A stretch of 64,000 nucleotides of DNA from positions 129,226 to 193,225 of the forward strand of contig JACJZW010000004.1 in assembly GCA_020635355.1 (NCBI GenBank), read 5' to 3'. This DNA is from Flavobacteriales bacterium. Its GTDB lineage: Bacteria; Bacteroidota; Bacteroidia; NS11-12g; UBA9320. Positions 1 through 11,473 of the stretch are shown here, piece by piece (positions within the stretch are counted from its first letter, which is position 1; the number at the start of each line of letters is the position of its first letter). The notes under the pieces were generated by a model that was given only the letters and a program-made list of their open reading frames with translations, did not search any database and had not been told where the DNA came from. A program made the position numbers and the translations under genes.

Positions 1-638
1 CCACTGACTATATGATGTTACTGGTGAGTGATGAAATGCGTATTGGAATGGTTACTGGACATGTGCCCATCTCAAAAGTTGCCGCTTCTATCACCACGGA
101 AAAAATTCGCCACAAACTCACCATTCTCCAGAATAGTTTGATCCAGGATTTTGGCATCGTCAAACCCAAAATTGCGGTCCTGGGCTTAAATCCTCACTCA
201 GGTGATCACGGACTCATCGGCAGTGAAGAGAAGGACATAATTACCCCTGTTATCAATGAGTTCATCCAGAAAGGTGATTTGGTTTACGGTCCGTTCCCTG
301 CAGATGGATTCTTCGGGAAAAAGCTTTTCAGCCAGTACGATGCCGTGTTGGCCATGTATCATGATCAAGGTTTAATTCCATTTAAGCAGCTCTCTTTTTC
401 GGATGGTGTAAATTATACCGCTGGTCTGCCAATAGTACGCACATCTCCGGATCATGGTACGGCATATGATATAGCCGGCAAGAGCGTTGCCGATCCATCA
501 TCATTTATCAATGCGATCTTTCTGACTAAGCATATCTACAACAAACGCATTGAGTTTATGGAATTGAACAACAACCCTTTGGGATTCACCAAACATCGCA
601 GGGAGAAGTTTAGCATTGGCGTTCCGAATCTAAAGTGA
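1..638 (+). CDS. pdxA: 4-hydroxythreonine-4-phosphate dehydrogenase PdxA, C-terminal part (gene starts upstream of window)
   Basis: Translation contains PdxA-like motifs (HSGDHGLIG, YHDQGLIPFK); the ORF runs in from the window edge. Confidence 0.75.
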   Translation, partial: TDYMMLLVSDEMRIGMVTGHVPISKVAASITTEKIRHKLTILQNSLIQDFGIVKPKIAVLGLNPHSGDHGLIGSEEKDIITPVINEFIQKGDLVYGPFPADGFFGKKLFSQYDAVLAMYHDQGLIPFKQLSFSDGVNYTAGLPIVRTSPDHGTAYDIAGKSVADPSSFINAIFLTKHIYNKRIEFMELNNNPLGFTKHRREKFSIGVPNLK

Positions 639-701
639 TTTTGTTCGTTTTTGTCAAATTCAGCACTTAAATTTGCCGACTATTTTTAATCCGGGTCTGA
701 A

Positions 702-1217
702 GTGAAGAATCGATTGCTGGTAAACTTTGGTTCTCTGTCGGTCGGGATGCATGAATACTCATTCGAGCTTACCACAGAGAATTGGAAAGCGCGTGAGTCG
801 GCCCGCATTAAAGATGGAAATGTACTCGTTCTTTTAAAGGTTGATAAATCTGAACGTCACTTAACCTTTGATTACACCATTAAAGGTGAGGTTCAAGTGG
901 ATTGTGATAATTGCTTGAGCAGGTTGCAGTATCCCATTAGTGATCATGTAACGCTGCACATCAAGTTGTCCGATGAGGAGATAGAGGATGAAGTTGATCT
1001 CATTCATTTGCCTTCTCATACCACTCAGTGGGATATGACGGATCATGCTTGTGATTCGGTCGAATTATCGCTGCCGATGAAGACAGTTTGCTCAGATTCA
1101 ATAAACCGTGAAGAATGTGACGAGGAATACATTGAAAGAATGAATGCCCGGTCGGACGATGAAGATACTCATCATCCGGAATGGGATAAACTAAAAGACT
1201 TGTTTAAACAAAATTGA
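702..1217 (+). CDS. yceD: YceD/DUF177 family protein (Cys-rich, CxxC...CxxC)
   Basis: Has a CDNCLSRL...C motif and sits immediately upstream of rpmF as in the conserved yceD-rpmF-plsX-fabH arrangement. The ORF-track start is a GTG; an in-frame ATG at 747 is an alternative start. Confidence 0.65.
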   Translation: MKNRLLVNFGSLSVGMHEYSFELTTENWKARESARIKDGNVLVLLKVDKSERHLTFDYTIKGEVQVDCDNCLSRLQYPISDHVTLHIKLSDEEIEDEVDLIHLPSHTTQWDMTDHACDSVELSLPMKTVCSDSINREECDEEYIERMNARSDDEDTHHPEWDKLKDLFKQN

Positions 1218-1218
1218 T

Positions 1219-1404
1219 ATGGCTCACCCCAAACGAAAAATTTCGAAAACCAGACGGGATAAGCGTCGTACTCACTACAAACTGGGTTCAAAGCAATTAT
1301 TCACCGATCCAAAAACCGGAGAAGTATCGCAATACCACAGACTTAATCTCGAAACAGGCATGTACCGCGGGATGAAAGTACTTGAGGTAGGCGAAGAGGC
1401 ATAA
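1219..1404 (+). CDS. rpmF: 50S ribosomal protein L32
   Basis: 61 aa, starts MAHPKRKISKTRRDKRR..., which is typical of L32. Confidence 0.9.
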   Translation: MAHPKRKISKTRRDKRRTHYKLGSKQLFTDPKTGEVSQYHRLNLETGMYRGMKVLEVGEEA

Positions 1405-1415
1405 GCCCCTCTCTC

Positions 1416-2351
1416 ATGAAAATTGGATTGGACGTAATGGGTGGCGATTTTGCCCCCGCAGAAGCTGTAAAAGGTGTCCTTGAATTGCTGAACGCCCCTG
1501 ATTTGGTGGACGTTCAGTTGACTTTATTTGGGGATGAAGCCCAAATTAAGGAGCATTTGAACGGACACCAATTGCCGGCAAACTATCGTATTGTTCATAC
1601 CGAAGAATCTATCGGTATGGCAGAGCATCCTACTAAGGCGATTTCTCAGAAGCGTCAATCTACGATTAGTCTTGGTTTGAAAATGCTGGCCGAAGGCGAA
1701 TTGGATGCGTTTACTGGTGCAGGTAATACCGGTGCTATGATGGTTGGGGCGCTTTATACCGTTAAAGCAATTGATGGTGTTCTACGTCCATCGCTCACAA
1801 CCCTCGTTCCCAAGATAGATGGATCCACCGGCCTGATGCTGGATGTTGGAGCCAATGCTGATGTTAAACCTGATGTATTGGTTCAATTCGCAGTTCTAGG
1901 GTCACTTTATGCGCAACATGTATTGGGGATAGCAAGTCCCAAAGTTGGCTTATTGAGTATTGGAGAAGAGAAAGAAAAGGGAAACCTCCTCAACCAGGCG
2001 GTATATCCGGTTCTTGAGGAGAAGCGAAACATCAATTTTATCGGCAACATTGAGGGAAGAGACCTGTTTTCAGATAAGGCTGATGTGATCGTATGCGACG
2101 GCTTTACCGGCAACATCGTCCTCAAAACGTGTGAGGGATTCTTCTATAAATTGAAAAAACGCGGCCTGAAGGACGACTTCCTCGACCGCTTTAATTTTGA
2201 GCAATACGGGGGAACAGCAATCCTTGGAGTCAACAAACCTGTAATCATTGGTCACGGTATCTCAAAAGCGAATACATTCGTGAATATGATCCGTTTGGCA
2301 AAACAGGTTGTTTTGTCCAACTTGATCCCGAAAATCAAGTCATCACTCTGA
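1416..2351 (+). CDS. plsX: phosphate acyltransferase PlsX
   Basis: 311 aa with PlsX-like sequence, located in the rpmF-plsX-fabH context. Confidence 0.9.
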   Translation: MKIGLDVMGGDFAPAEAVKGVLELLNAPDLVDVQLTLFGDEAQIKEHLNGHQLPANYRIVHTEESIGMAEHPTKAISQKRQSTISLGLKMLAEGELDAFTGAGNTGAMMVGALYTVKAIDGVLRPSLTTLVPKIDGSTGLMLDVGANADVKPDVLVQFAVLGSLYAQHVLGIASPKVGLLSIGEEKEKGNLLNQAVYPVLEEKRNINFIGNIEGRDLFSDKADVIVCDGFTGNIVLKTCEGFFYKLKKRGLKDDFLDRFNFEQYGGTAILGVNKPVIIGHGISKANTFVNMIRLAKQVVLSNLIPKIKSSL

Positions 2352-2384
2352 TTTAACGTATTTTTACCCCGATATCTTTAACCT

Positions 2385-3383
2385 ATGAGCAACCTTCGAG
2401 CCGCCATTACCGCAGTAAACGGCTATGTTCCCGATGACGAACTTACCAACTTCGATCTCGAAAAAATGGTGGATACAACGGATGAATGGATCCGATCCAG
2501 AACGGGTATTGAAACACGTCACATTCTGAAGGGAGAAGGAAAAGGAGCATCCGATATGGCTGTTCCGGCGGTAGAAGGGCTATTAAAAAAACGAGGAATA
2601 GACGCATCGGAAATTGATCTGCTGATCTGTGCAACGGTAACAGCTGATTACGTTTTTCCCGCAACAGCAAATCTTATTTGTGACCGGATAGGAGCAAAAA
2701 AGGCTTGGGGTTATGATCTTTCTGCTGCATGCTCCGGTTTTTTGTATGCACTGGAAACAGGTCGTAGAATGATCGAATGCGGTCAATACAAGAAAGTAGT
2801 TGTAGTTGGGGTGGATAAAATGTCGTCCATCATTGATTACACCGATCGCACCACCTGTATCATCTTTGGTGATGGTGCGGGCGCCGTCCTTTTAGAACCT
2901 ACTACGGAGGAAGTTGGAATCATAGACAGCATACTCAGATCCGATGGTTCTGGGTTTGATTATCTTCATCAGAAGGCAGGTGGCTCTGTTTTACCTCCAA
3001 CACATGAAACCGTGGACAATCGTCTGCATTACGTGTATCAGGAAGGAACTACTGTATTCAAATTCGCGGTGGTAAACATGGCTGAGGTTAGCTATGAAGT
3101 GATGGAGCGCAATAATTTGACGGGTGATGACATCCAATGGCTGGTGCCTCATCAGGCCAATAAGCGAATTATTGATGCCACAGCCAATCGAATGGGATTG
3201 GATCCTGAACGGGTCATGCTGAACATCCAGCGATATGGAAACACCACTGCAGGAACACTTCCTTTGTGCCTGCACGATTATGAATCTCAACTCAAAAAAG
3301 GAGATAACATCGTACTTGCCGCATTTGGAGGAGGCTTCACTTGGGGGGCGATCTATCTTAAATGGGCGTACGATCCATCCTGA
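2385..3383 (+). CDS. fabH: 3-oxoacyl-ACP synthase III
   Basis: 332 aa; active-site Cys in [11 protein letters not shown] and a FabH-like C-terminal region. Confidence 0.9.
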   Translation: MSNLRAAITAVNGYVPDDELTNFDLEKMVDTTDEWIRSRTGIETRHILKGEGKGASDMAVPAVEGLLKKRGIDASEIDLLICATVTADYVFPATANLICDRIGAKKAWGYDLSAACSGFLYALETGRRMIECGQYKKVVVVGVDKMSSIIDYTDRTTCIIFGDGAGAVLLEPTTEEVGIIDSILRSDGSGFDYLHQKAGGSVLPPTHETVDNRLHYVYQEGTTVFKFAVVNMAEVSYEVMERNNLTGDDIQWLVPHQANKRIIDATANRMGLDPERVMLNIQRYGNTTAGTLPLCLHDYESQLKKGDNIVLAAFGGGFTWGAIYLKWAYDPS

Positions 3384-3424
3384 ATTTGAACTTTATATCT
3401 CTCAAATTGGTTTAATTTGAACTT

Positions 3425-3904
3425 ATGAATCTGAAGGAAATTCAACAACTCGTAAAACTCATTTCAACGTCTAATGTTGATGTGCTTGAAATCGAGCAAG
3501 GTGATTTTCACCTTAAAATAAAGCGAAACGACGTGAAACAAACGGTTGTTTCGGCTCCAGCAATGGCACAACCAATGGTGTCTGCTCCCGCGCCGGCACC
3601 TGCTGCAGCTCCAGTTGCAGAAGCTAAACCAGAGAAAGCCGCAGCCTCCGAGCCAGAAGCTCAAGGAGTTCAAATCAAATCTCCGATGATCGGTACTTTC
3701 TACCGCAGTTCGTCTCCGGATAAACCGCCATTTGTAAATGTTGGTGATGAGGTTAAAGTTGGTGACACCCTTTGCATCGTGGAGGCCATGAAGCTCTTTA
3801 ACGAAATCGAATCGGAAGTAGCAGGACGAATCGTTAAGGTTTTGGTTGATGATGCCTCTCCAGTTGAATACGATCAGCCATTGTTTCTGATCGAACCAGC
3901 TTAA
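3425..3904 (+). CDS. accB: acetyl-CoA carboxylase biotin carboxyl carrier protein
   Basis: Ala/Pro-rich linker, biotinyl-lysine motif [10 protein letters not shown], and the gene lies directly upstream of accC. Confidence 0.85.
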   Translation: MNLKEIQQLVKLISTSNVDVLEIEQGDFHLKIKRNDVKQTVVSAPAMAQPMVSAPAPAPAAAPVAEAKPEKAAASEPEAQGVQIKSPMIGTFYRSSSPDKPPFVNVGDEVKVGDTLCIVEAMKLFNEIESEVAGRIVKVLVDDASPVEYDQPLFLIEPA

Positions 3905-3930
3905 TTAGTTCACCACGGAATTCCGATTTT

Positions 3931-5268
3931 ATGTTTAAAAAGATCCTAATTGCCAATCGTGGAGAGATCGCTTTGCGCGTTATCCGAACATGCAAGGAGA
4001 TGGGCATCAAGACTGTTGCTGTTTACTCAACAGCCGACAAGGATAGCATCCACCTGAAATTCGCTGATGAAGCCGTGTGTATTGGTCCGGCAGCAAGTAA
4101 GGACTCCTACCTGAATATGCCGAATATCCTGGCGGCTGCAGAAATAACCAATTCTGACGCCATCCACCCGGGTTATGGTTTCTTATCGGAGAATGCCAAA
4201 TTCTCGGAATTGTGCCGGGATAGTGGCATTAAATTCATCGGTGCTTCACCTGAAATGATCAACTCAATGGGGGACAAGGCTAACGCTAAAGCCACCATGA
4301 AGGAAGCTGGTGTTCCATGTGTTCCTGGATCCGAAGGGTTGTTGGAAAGTTTGGAAGAAGGAATCCAGTTGGCCAACGATTTGGTTGGTTATCCAGTGAT
4401 TCTGAAGGCCACTGCCGGAGGTGGTGGTAGAGGAATGAGAATCATCTGGAACGATGACGAATTCCGCACAGCTTGGGATAGTGCCCGAAAGGAAGCCGCC
4501 GCTGCATTTGGTAACGACGGTATGTACCTGGAAAAATTTGTTCAGGAGCCTCGTCACATTGAAATTCAAATTGCTGGCGATCAATATGGTAAGGTATGTC
4601 ACTTGAGTGAACGCGATTGTTCCATTCAACGCCGTCATCAGAAGCTGATTGAGGAAGCTCCTTCACCGTTCATGACAGATGATCTTCGGAAACGAATGGG
4701 TGAGGCTGCCATCAAAGCTGCAAGTGCCATCAGCTATGAAGGGGTGGGAACGGTTGAGTTTCTGGTTGATAAGGATCGCAATTTCTATTTCATGGAGATG
4801 AACACCCGTATTCAGGTGGAACATCCGGTAACAGAGGAAGTGATCAACCACGATTTGATTCTCGAACAAATCAAACTGGCAGCGGGTATACCTATTACAG
4901 GTAAAAATTATCTGCCTCAAGGACATAGCATCGAATGTAGAATTAACGCCGAGGATCCGTATAATAACTTCAGACCTAGTCCTGGAACCATAACGGTTCT
5001 TCATAAACCAGGTGGGCATGGTGTGAGGGTGGATTCACACATCTACGCAGGATATACCATTCCGCCCAATTACGATTCCATGATTGCCAAACTGATTGTG
5101 AAGGCAAATACGCGCGAAGAAGCCATCAAAAAGATGCACAGAGCGTTGAATGAATTTGTGATTGAGGGTATTAAAACCACCATACCTCTTCAGATTAAAT
5201 TGATGGAGGACGAGGATTTCCAATCCGGAAACTTCACAACCAAATTCATGGAAACGTTTAAGTTCTGA
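3931..5268 (+). CDS. accC: acetyl-CoA carboxylase biotin carboxylase subunit
   Basis: 445 aa with ATP-grasp biotin carboxylase sequence ([20 protein letters not shown]...). Confidence 0.9.
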   Translation: MFKKILIANRGEIALRVIRTCKEMGIKTVAVYSTADKDSIHLKFADEAVCIGPAASKDSYLNMPNILAAAEITNSDAIHPGYGFLSENAKFSELCRDSGIKFIGASPEMINSMGDKANAKATMKEAGVPCVPGSEGLLESLEEGIQLANDLVGYPVILKATAGGGGRGMRIIWNDDEFRTAWDSARKEAAAAFGNDGMYLEKFVQEPRHIEIQIAGDQYGKVCHLSERDCSIQRRHQKLIEEAPSPFMTDDLRKRMGEAAIKAASAISYEGVGTVEFLVDKDRNFYFMEMNTRIQVEHPVTEEVINHDLILEQIKLAAGIPITGKNYLPQGHSIECRINAEDPYNNFRPSPGTITVLHKPGGHGVRVDSHIYAGYTIPPNYDSMIAKLIVKANTREEAIKKMHRALNEFVIEGIKTTIPLQIKLMEDEDFQSGNFTTKFMETFKF

Positions 5269-5330
5269 TCCGGTCTTCCGGTTTCAGATATTCCACGTAT
5301 TTTTCCGGTTTTTTCTCACTGTAGTAACAG

Positions 5331-8231
5331 ATGAAAATACCGGCGAACGCTTCATACGAGTTAATCTATTCCATAGCGGAACACCCCTATTTGGGACCGC
5401 TCATCGAGGCGTATATCGTTCAGTTAACGTCTTCCGGTAAATTGTCGCTTGTTCATCAGCGTATTCATGCGAACAACGCCGATTTCTATGATCGCAAATT
5501 GGATGAATCTGATTACCAAACTCTAAAATTACTGGATGAGATCACCCCTGAGTTTATTGCGAAAAAGTTCAGCACTAAAGGGCGTATCCGACCAAAGGAT
5601 TTCTTTGATAGGGAATTCCGACTGGATCTTCATCGAAAACAAATCCGTCCCTTTATTGAAAAGCGTCTTGCTCAGGTTCTCAAACTCATTTACGGCAAAA
5701 AGGTATACCGGCGAACAGGCAAAAATGTAATCGCCGAAAGTGCCGATTGGAGCCCTAATCGCGCCACGGTCTTATTTCATCTTCGACGGAATGAGGACAA
5801 TACGCACTACTTCGCAACCATCAAGCACAATGGCGCTCGGATTAACATTACAGGCAGCCATTCATTGATGCTCACCGAATCACCCTGTTATCTGCTCTGC
5901 GGTGGACTGATCATGCAATTCGATGATGAACCGGATGGAGCTAAACTGGCACCTTTTTTAAAGAAGAAGTTCATCGAAATACCCCGGAAGTCGGAGCGGG
6001 AATACTTGCAGAAATTCGTGATTCCATTATTGGAAGAGCATTCCGTTTATGCCGTAGGTTATGAGATCAGTTCTGAAAAGTTCAAGGCCAGACCCAAATT
6101 GAAGATCACCCATTTAGTTGATGGTCAGGTTGGTGCATTGCTTCTCTTTCAATATGGAGAACATGACTTTCCCTTTCAAGCTGGCAAAGAGGTATCCGTT
6201 TTTATGACTCCCGATCGTGGGTCGTATCAATTTACACGGGTACGCAGGTCCCTCGAATGGGAGGGACATAAAAGTGAGGCACTGAAGTCACTTGAGCTGC
6301 AATCTGCAGGAGGAGCCGAGTTTAAGTGGGGAGATCAGTTTGAAGTACACGACGCCATTGGTTGGCTAAAGCAAAATCAGGAATCCCTGCAAAAGGCAGG
6401 CTTCGAGGTTGAAATAGACCTTGATCACCACTATTCTCTTATGGATGGTGAACTAACCTACACCATACGAACAGAGAATGATTGGTTTGATGTCCGGGCC
6501 ATGGTTCGATTTGGAACCGCGGAGATTCCATTCATCACCGTTCGAAAAGCCATTTTATCCGGTGATCGCTTTATCACGTTACCCAATGACCAACGCGCTC
6601 TCATCCCTCAAAAGTGGATCGATCAAATAAAGGGTCTGGATGCGTTCTCCACATCAACCGATGCCTTCAAACTTGACCGACATCACATTGGATTGATTCA
6701 AGAACTGGAATTGGATTCTACCAAAACGTTTAAAACAGAGGAGGCACTCATCCCTCTGGTTGACGTTGAAACCCCTTCCGGTTTTCAAGGATCGTTAAGA
6801 CCTTACCAACATGCGGGGTACAACTGGTTAAATTTCTTATACGCCAATCATTTTGGTGGCTGCCTGGCTGATGATATGGGATTAGGTAAAACGGTTCAGA
6901 CACTGGCTTTTTTGCAACAGATCAAAGAATACGGTTTGAATGATGATCAAATAACAGCCAAAGGGCAAATGCCCTTGTTTGGCGCACCCGCCTCACGAAC
7001 CTCTCTATTGGTTGTTCCAACATCCTTGACCCATAACTGGTATTATGAGTCCAAACGATTTACACCAGATCTGAACATCGGTATTCATGCCGGGCCCGGA
7101 AGGGCGAAAACCTCAGATCGATTTTCATATTATGATCTGATCATTACGACGTACGGGACACTTCGAAACGACCTTAAGATTTTTAAGTCGTTTGATTTTG
7201 AATTGATCATTTTGGATGAAAGTCAGTTTATCAAGAACCCGACTTCCAAAATGGCCCGATCGGCTTATCAGTTGAACGGCCGCATGAAACTAGTATTAAC
7301 CGGTACGCCGGTAGAAAATTCCATCACGGATTTGTGGTCGCAGATGAACATGGTGAATCCGGGAATCCTGGGAGGATTTACGTCCTTCAAGAGTACCTAT
7401 GTGACCCCAATCGAAAAGCATCATCAAACGGACTTGTTGGAACGACTCCAAAAGGTTATTCAGCCTTTTGTGATGCGCAGAACGAAGATGCAGGTAGCCA
7501 CCGATCTTCCTCCCAAAACAGAGCAAATTGTGTATTGCGACATGACGGAAGAACAGGAGGACATCTATGAGAAAACCAAATCAACCTACCGAAATCAGAT
7601 CCTGGACGCCATCCAGTCCAACGGGATGGCCAAGAGTCAGATTCAGATTTTGGCTGGTTTAACCAAGCTTCGACAGATGGCTAACCATCCGTTGTTGTGT
7701 GAGGAAAATTTCAAAGGGGAATCCGGGAAATTCGATGAGGTGGTAAACCGTCTTCACACGGCGTTGGACGAAGGGCATAAAGTGTTAATGTTCTCGCAGT
7801 TTGTTGGACATCTAACCCTATACCGCCATTATTTGGATGAGCGCGGGATTGATTACGCCTATTTGGATGGTGGCACGGCGGCATCGGTGCGGAAGGACGA
7901 AGTCCGAAAGTTTCAACAGGAGGAAGTGAGTTTGTTTCTGATATCCCTGAAGGCCGGAGGGTTTGGACTGAACCTGACTGCAGCGGATTACGTCTTTCTG
8001 TTGGATCCCTGGTGGAATCCGGCGGCTGAAAATCAGGCGGTTGACCGGGCACATCGGATTGGTCAGGACAAGCCCGTTTTTAGCTATAAGTTCGTGACCG
8101 GCAATACGGTAGAAGACAAGATCATACGGCTACAGGAAAAGAAACTTCAGTTGAGTTCTTCTCTCATAAAGACCGAAGAATCGTTCATTAAAAAGATCAA
8201 TATGGATGAACTTCAGGAAATATTGACTTAG
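5331..8231 (+). CDS. SNF2-family helicase/ATPase with a ~480-aa N-terminal extension (RapA/HepA-like)
   Basis: Contains the DDMGLGKT Walker A, an LDESQFIKN DExx box and a helicase-C region (LISLKAGGFGLNLTAADYVFLLDPWWNPAAENQAVDRAHRIGQ). Confidence 0.85.
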   Translation: MKIPANASYELIYSIAEHPYLGPLIEAYIVQLTSSGKLSLVHQRIHANNADFYDRKLDESDYQTLKLLDEITPEFIAKKFSTKGRIRPKDFFDREFRLDLHRKQIRPFIEKRLAQVLKLIYGKKVYRRTGKNVIAESADWSPNRATVLFHLRRNEDNTHYFATIKHNGARINITGSHSLMLTESPCYLLCGGLIMQFDDEPDGAKLAPFLKKKFIEIPRKSEREYLQKFVIPLLEEHSVYAVGYEISSEKFKARPKLKITHLVDGQVGALLLFQYGEHDFPFQAGKEVSVFMTPDRGSYQFTRVRRSLEWEGHKSEALKSLELQSAGGAEFKWGDQFEVHDAIGWLKQNQESLQKAGFEVEIDLDHHYSLMDGELTYTIRTENDWFDVRAMVRFGTAEIPFITVRKAILSGDRFITLPNDQRALIPQKWIDQIKGLDAFSTSTDAFKLDRHHIGLIQELELDSTKTFKTEEALIPLVDVETPSGFQGSLRPYQHAGYNWLNFLYANHFGGCLADDMGLGKTVQTLAFLQQIKEYGLNDDQITAKGQMPLFGAPASRTSLLVVPTSLTHNWYYESKRFTPDLNIGIHAGPGRAKTSDRFSYYDLIITTYGTLRNDLKIFKSFDFELIILDESQFIKNPTSKMARSAYQLNGRMKLVLTGTPVENSITDLWSQMNMVNPGILGGFTSFKSTYVTPIEKHHQTDLLERLQKVIQPFVMRRTKMQVATDLPPKTEQIVYCDMTEEQEDIYEKTKSTYRNQILDAIQSNGMAKSQIQILAGLTKLRQMANHPLLCEENFKGESGKFDEVVNRLHTALDEGHKVLMFSQFVGHLTLYRHYLDERGIDYAYLDGGTAASVRKDEVRKFQQEEVSLFLISLKAGGFGLNLTAADYVFLLDPWWNPAAENQAVDRAHRIGQDKPVFSYKFVTGNTVEDKIIRLQEKKLQLSSSLIKTEESFIKKINMDELQEILT

Positions 8232-8288
8232 AAAAGAGCCTCATTCATTGAATTTTTAGTGATCTTGCCCAACAATTATTTTACGACA

Positions 8289-9050
8289 ATGAGAAAAAGT
8301 TTTACCCTAATGATCATGATGGTATGTGCTGTTACCGCCTTCGGTCAACGAAATGTTGACTGGTCGGTTGATACCATCCTGACGAATGAAGTTACCAGTA
8401 ACACAACTCAAGGTTCCATTTTTAACATCGAAGCGGTGTTCAAGAATAATGGACCAGACACCGTTTTAATGGGCGATACGGTAGCCTATCAATTTGTGGT
8501 GCTCAACTCAAATGATCAGCCTATGATTGCCGTTCCGCAAACCGGTTTAGGCGCGTATCTCTTCAATCGCCGGTTCGAGCCAGGTGATACCATGCATTTT
8601 CACCTTCGATTGGTGTTGAATACCTATTACACCACGTCGTTCAATTGTAAGTTGAGAGTATCATCTGCCATCTTCAACCGAACCACTCCAGGTGGAGTTG
8701 CCTCTGAGCAAACGGCAACTGCCGCGAACAATATTTATGTCAAGCCGGTGATTTGGTATAACCCTCAAGGTTGGGGTGTTGGTATTGATGACGTGGAAGT
8801 GTCGTCCATCATGCTGTATCCAAACCCAGCAGTGAATACAGCCGTAATTTCATTTAATCAAGTGAACGTTACCGAGCAATCGAACGTAGAAGTGTATGAC
8901 CTCAACGGTCGTCTCTTACATTCCCAACAAGTAGTAGCCGGCGCACGCGAGTGTACCTTGAATACAACGAATCTTCAAAATGGATTTTACATCGTTAAAG
9001 TGGGCAATTCTGCCTTCCAAAGCGAGCAAAAAATTCAGATTCAGAAGTAA
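8289..9050 (+). CDS. secreted protein with T9SS (Por) C-terminal sorting domain
   Basis: Signal peptide MRKSFTLMIMMVCAVTAFGQ. The C-terminus ...LYPNPAVNTAVISF...YIVKVGNSAFQSEQKIQIQK resembles a Por secretion tail. The start is taken at the internal ATG; the ORF track extends it to 8259. Confidence 0.6.
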   Translation: MRKSFTLMIMMVCAVTAFGQRNVDWSVDTILTNEVTSNTTQGSIFNIEAVFKNNGPDTVLMGDTVAYQFVVLNSNDQPMIAVPQTGLGAYLFNRRFEPGDTMHFHLRLVLNTYYTTSFNCKLRVSSAIFNRTTPGGVASEQTATAANNIYVKPVIWYNPQGWGVGIDDVEVSSIMLYPNPAVNTAVISFNQVNVTEQSNVEVYDLNGRLLHSQQVVAGARECTLNTTNLQNGFYIVKVGNSAFQSEQKIQIQK

Positions 9051-9073
9051 GAACTTTAGTCAATCTATAAGAG

Positions 9074-9103
9074 GGAGGCCGCCATGGCCTCCTTTTTATT
9101 TTT
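9074..9103 (+). terminator. rho-independent terminator (GGAGGCC-gccat-GGCCTCC followed by a T-run)
   Basis: A 7-bp perfect stem, 5-nt loop and TTTTTATTTTT tract lie directly after the T9SS-CTD gene stop. Confidence 0.6.
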
Positions 9104-9144
9104 GGGGGATTGAGGCGTTATTTGCAACACTAATCGAACGGAGT

Positions 9145-9903
9145 ATGGCAGGGCACAGTAAATGGGCCAATATCAAACATAGGAAGGCAGCTCAGGATGC
9201 CAAACGGGCCAAAGTCTGGACGAGGATTATCAAGGAAATAACTATTGCCGCCCGCGATGGGGGTGGAGAGCAGGAGGCAAATCCTACCCTTCGGTTGGCC
9301 ATCCAAAATGCCAAGGGAGCCAACATGCCAAAGGACACCATTGAGCGTGCCATCAAAAAAGGTGTTGGCGGAGAAGGTGCCAATTTGGAACCTGCCATAT
9401 ACGAGGGGTATGGTCCGCATGGTATTGCCATCATCATTGAAACCATGACCGATAATATCAACCGGACTGTGGCTAATGTGAGATCCATCTTCAATAAATT
9501 TGATGGTAGTCTGGGAACCAATGGGTCGCTTTCGTTCATCTTTGATCAGAAAGGAGTGTTCACCATTCATTCATCCGCTATTGAGGAGATGGACACCGAT
9601 GAATTAGAACTGGAACTCATTGAAGGTGGCGCTGAAGATGTGGAGCATGTAGAGGATAAATTAATCATTACCACGGCATTCGAAGATTTTGGGTTGATGC
9701 AGAAGAAACTGGAAGAACTTTCCCTTGAGGCCGAAAGTGCCGAGCTTCAACGCATCCCAAACAATACGTTGGCTATTGGTGTAGACGAGGCCAAGCGGGT
9801 GCTTGCCATGATCGATAAGTTTGAAGAGGACGATGATGTGAATACCGTTTTTCACAACCTGGAACTCACCGAAGAATTACAAAACGCACTGAACGAGGAA
9901 TAA
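9145..9903 (+). CDS. yebC: YebC/PmpR family transcriptional regulatory protein
   Basis: Starts [21 protein letters not shown], the canonical YebC N-terminus. The ORF-track start at 8980 overlaps the upstream gene and the terminator, so it was rejected. Confidence 0.85.
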   Translation: MAGHSKWANIKHRKAAQDAKRAKVWTRIIKEITIAARDGGGEQEANPTLRLAIQNAKGANMPKDTIERAIKKGVGGEGANLEPAIYEGYGPHGIAIIIETMTDNINRTVANVRSIFNKFDGSLGTNGSLSFIFDQKGVFTIHSSAIEEMDTDELELELIEGGAEDVEHVEDKLIITTAFEDFGLMQKKLEELSLEAESAELQRIPNNTLAIGVDEAKRVLAMIDKFEEDDDVNTVFHNLELTEELQNALNEE

Positions 9904-11468
9904 TGGCAGATCAATCATCCAAATCGGCTGAAACCCGACGGGACTGGCTTTTGCGAAAACGTCGCGAAGCCTTGAAAGGTGGGGGAGAAAGTCGCATCGA
10001 AGCGCAACACGCTAAAGGCAAACTAACAGCCAGAGAGCGGTTGGATTATTTGCTTGATAAAGGAAGTTTCGAAGAGATCGGTGCATTTGTGAAGCATCGA
10101 AGCACGGATTTTGGACTGGATAAAAATCATCCACTGGGCGATGGTGTGGTGACCGGATACGGTACCATCAACGGCCGGTTGGTATATGTGTTCTCCCAGG
10201 ACTTCACGGTTTTTGGCGGATCGCTTTCTGAGACACATGCCGAGAAAATCTGCAAAATCATGGATTTGGCCATGAAGAACGGAGCCCCGGTGATTGGACT
10301 CAATGATTCAGGTGGCGCCCGAATTCAGGAGGGCGTTGTTTCGTTAGGTGGCTACGCCGATATTTTCTACCGAAATACCTTGGCCAGTGGAGTGGTTCCG
10401 CAGATATCAGCGATCATGGGGCCCTGCGCCGGAGGAGCGGTGTATAGCCCGGCCATTACCGACTTCATTATGATGGTGGAAGACACCTCTTATATGTTTG
10501 TGACCGGACCCAATGTGGTGAAAACCGTAACAAACGAAGAAGTAAGTTCAGAAGATTTAGGAGGAGCATCGGTTCATTCATCCAAATCCGGTGTGGCGCA
10601 TTTTACCGCGCCAAATGAGATTGCCTTGATGGATAATCTCCGCAGTTTGCTTTCCTATCTTCCTCAAAATTGTGAAGAGCATGCCGAAATGCTCACCTAT
10701 GATCTAAACGATGAAGTTCGTGCGGAATTGGCCGGTATTGTTCCAGAAAACCCCAATCAGCCGTACGATATCCGTCAGGTGGTAGATGGCATTGTGGATC
10801 CCGATAGCTTTTTTGAGGTACACAGCGCATTTGCTGAAAATATCGTGGTGGGTTTTGCCCGATTGGCGGGAAGAAGTATCGGAATTGTTGCCAATCAACC
10901 GGCCTTCCTCGCGGGGGTGTTAGATGTTAAGTCCAGTCAAAAAGGAGCTCGGTTTGTGCGATTTTGTGATGCCTTCAACATTCCGTTGCTGGTGTTGGAA
11001 GATGTACCTGGCTTCCTTCCGGGAACCGATCAGGAGTGGAACGCCATCATTACAAATGGCGCCAAACTGCTTTATGCGTTTAGCGAAGCTACCGTGCCAA
11101 GGGTAACCGTTATTACCCGCAAGGCCTACGGAGGAGCTTACGATGTGATGAATTCCAAGCACATTGGAGCCGATATGAACTTTGCATGGCCATCGGCAGA
11201 AATCGCTGTAATGGGAGCGAAGGGTGCAGCCGAAATCATCTTCCGACGAGAAATCCAATCGGCCGAAGATCCAGAGGCGGCACTAAAGGAACACGAACAC
11301 GAGTATGCAACGATTTTTGCGAATCCATATCGGGCGGCGGAACGTGGCTTTGTGGATGAAGTAATCCTTCCAGAAGAAACTCGAATTAAGTTGATCAAAG
11401 CATTTAAGATGCTGGAAAACAAGGTTGATCATCTTCCTAAAAAGAAGCACGGAAACATCCCACTTTAA
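9903..11468 (+). CDS. acyl-CoA carboxylase carboxyltransferase subunit (propionyl-CoA carboxylase beta / methylmalonyl-CoA carboxyltransferase family)
   Basis: 521 aa with AccD/PccB-like sequence. The start ATG overlaps the yebC stop by 1 nt (TAATG). Confidence 0.85.
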   Translation: MADQSSKSAETRRDWLLRKRREALKGGGESRIEAQHAKGKLTARERLDYLLDKGSFEEIGAFVKHRSTDFGLDKNHPLGDGVVTGYGTINGRLVYVFSQDFTVFGGSLSETHAEKICKIMDLAMKNGAPVIGLNDSGGARIQEGVVSLGGYADIFYRNTLASGVVPQISAIMGPCAGGAVYSPAITDFIMMVEDTSYMFVTGPNVVKTVTNEEVSSEDLGGASVHSSKSGVAHFTAPNEIALMDNLRSLLSYLPQNCEEHAEMLTYDLNDEVRAELAGIVPENPNQPYDIRQVVDGIVDPDSFFEVHSAFAENIVVGFARLAGRSIGIVANQPAFLAGVLDVKSSQKGARFVRFCDAFNIPLLVLEDVPGFLPGTDQEWNAIITNGAKLLYAFSEATVPRVTVITRKAYGGAYDVMNSKHIGADMNFAWPSAEIAVMGAKGAAEIIFRREIQSAEDPEAALKEHEHEYATIFANPYRAAERGFVDEVILPEETRIKLIKAFKMLENKVDHLPKKKHGNIPL

Positions 11469-11473
11469 GATTC

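Noticed and set aside
5331-8231. SNF2 helicase as part of a DISARM/BREX-like defence system
   Set aside because: No methyltransferase, DUF1998, PLD, PglZ or other partner genes are adjacent. The neighbours are accBC and a T9SS cargo gene.
8980-9144. ORF-track long form of yebC starting at 8980
   Set aside because: It overlaps the T9SS-CTD gene and the rho-independent terminator at 9074..9103. The canonical YebC N-terminus [14 protein letters not shown] begins at 9145.
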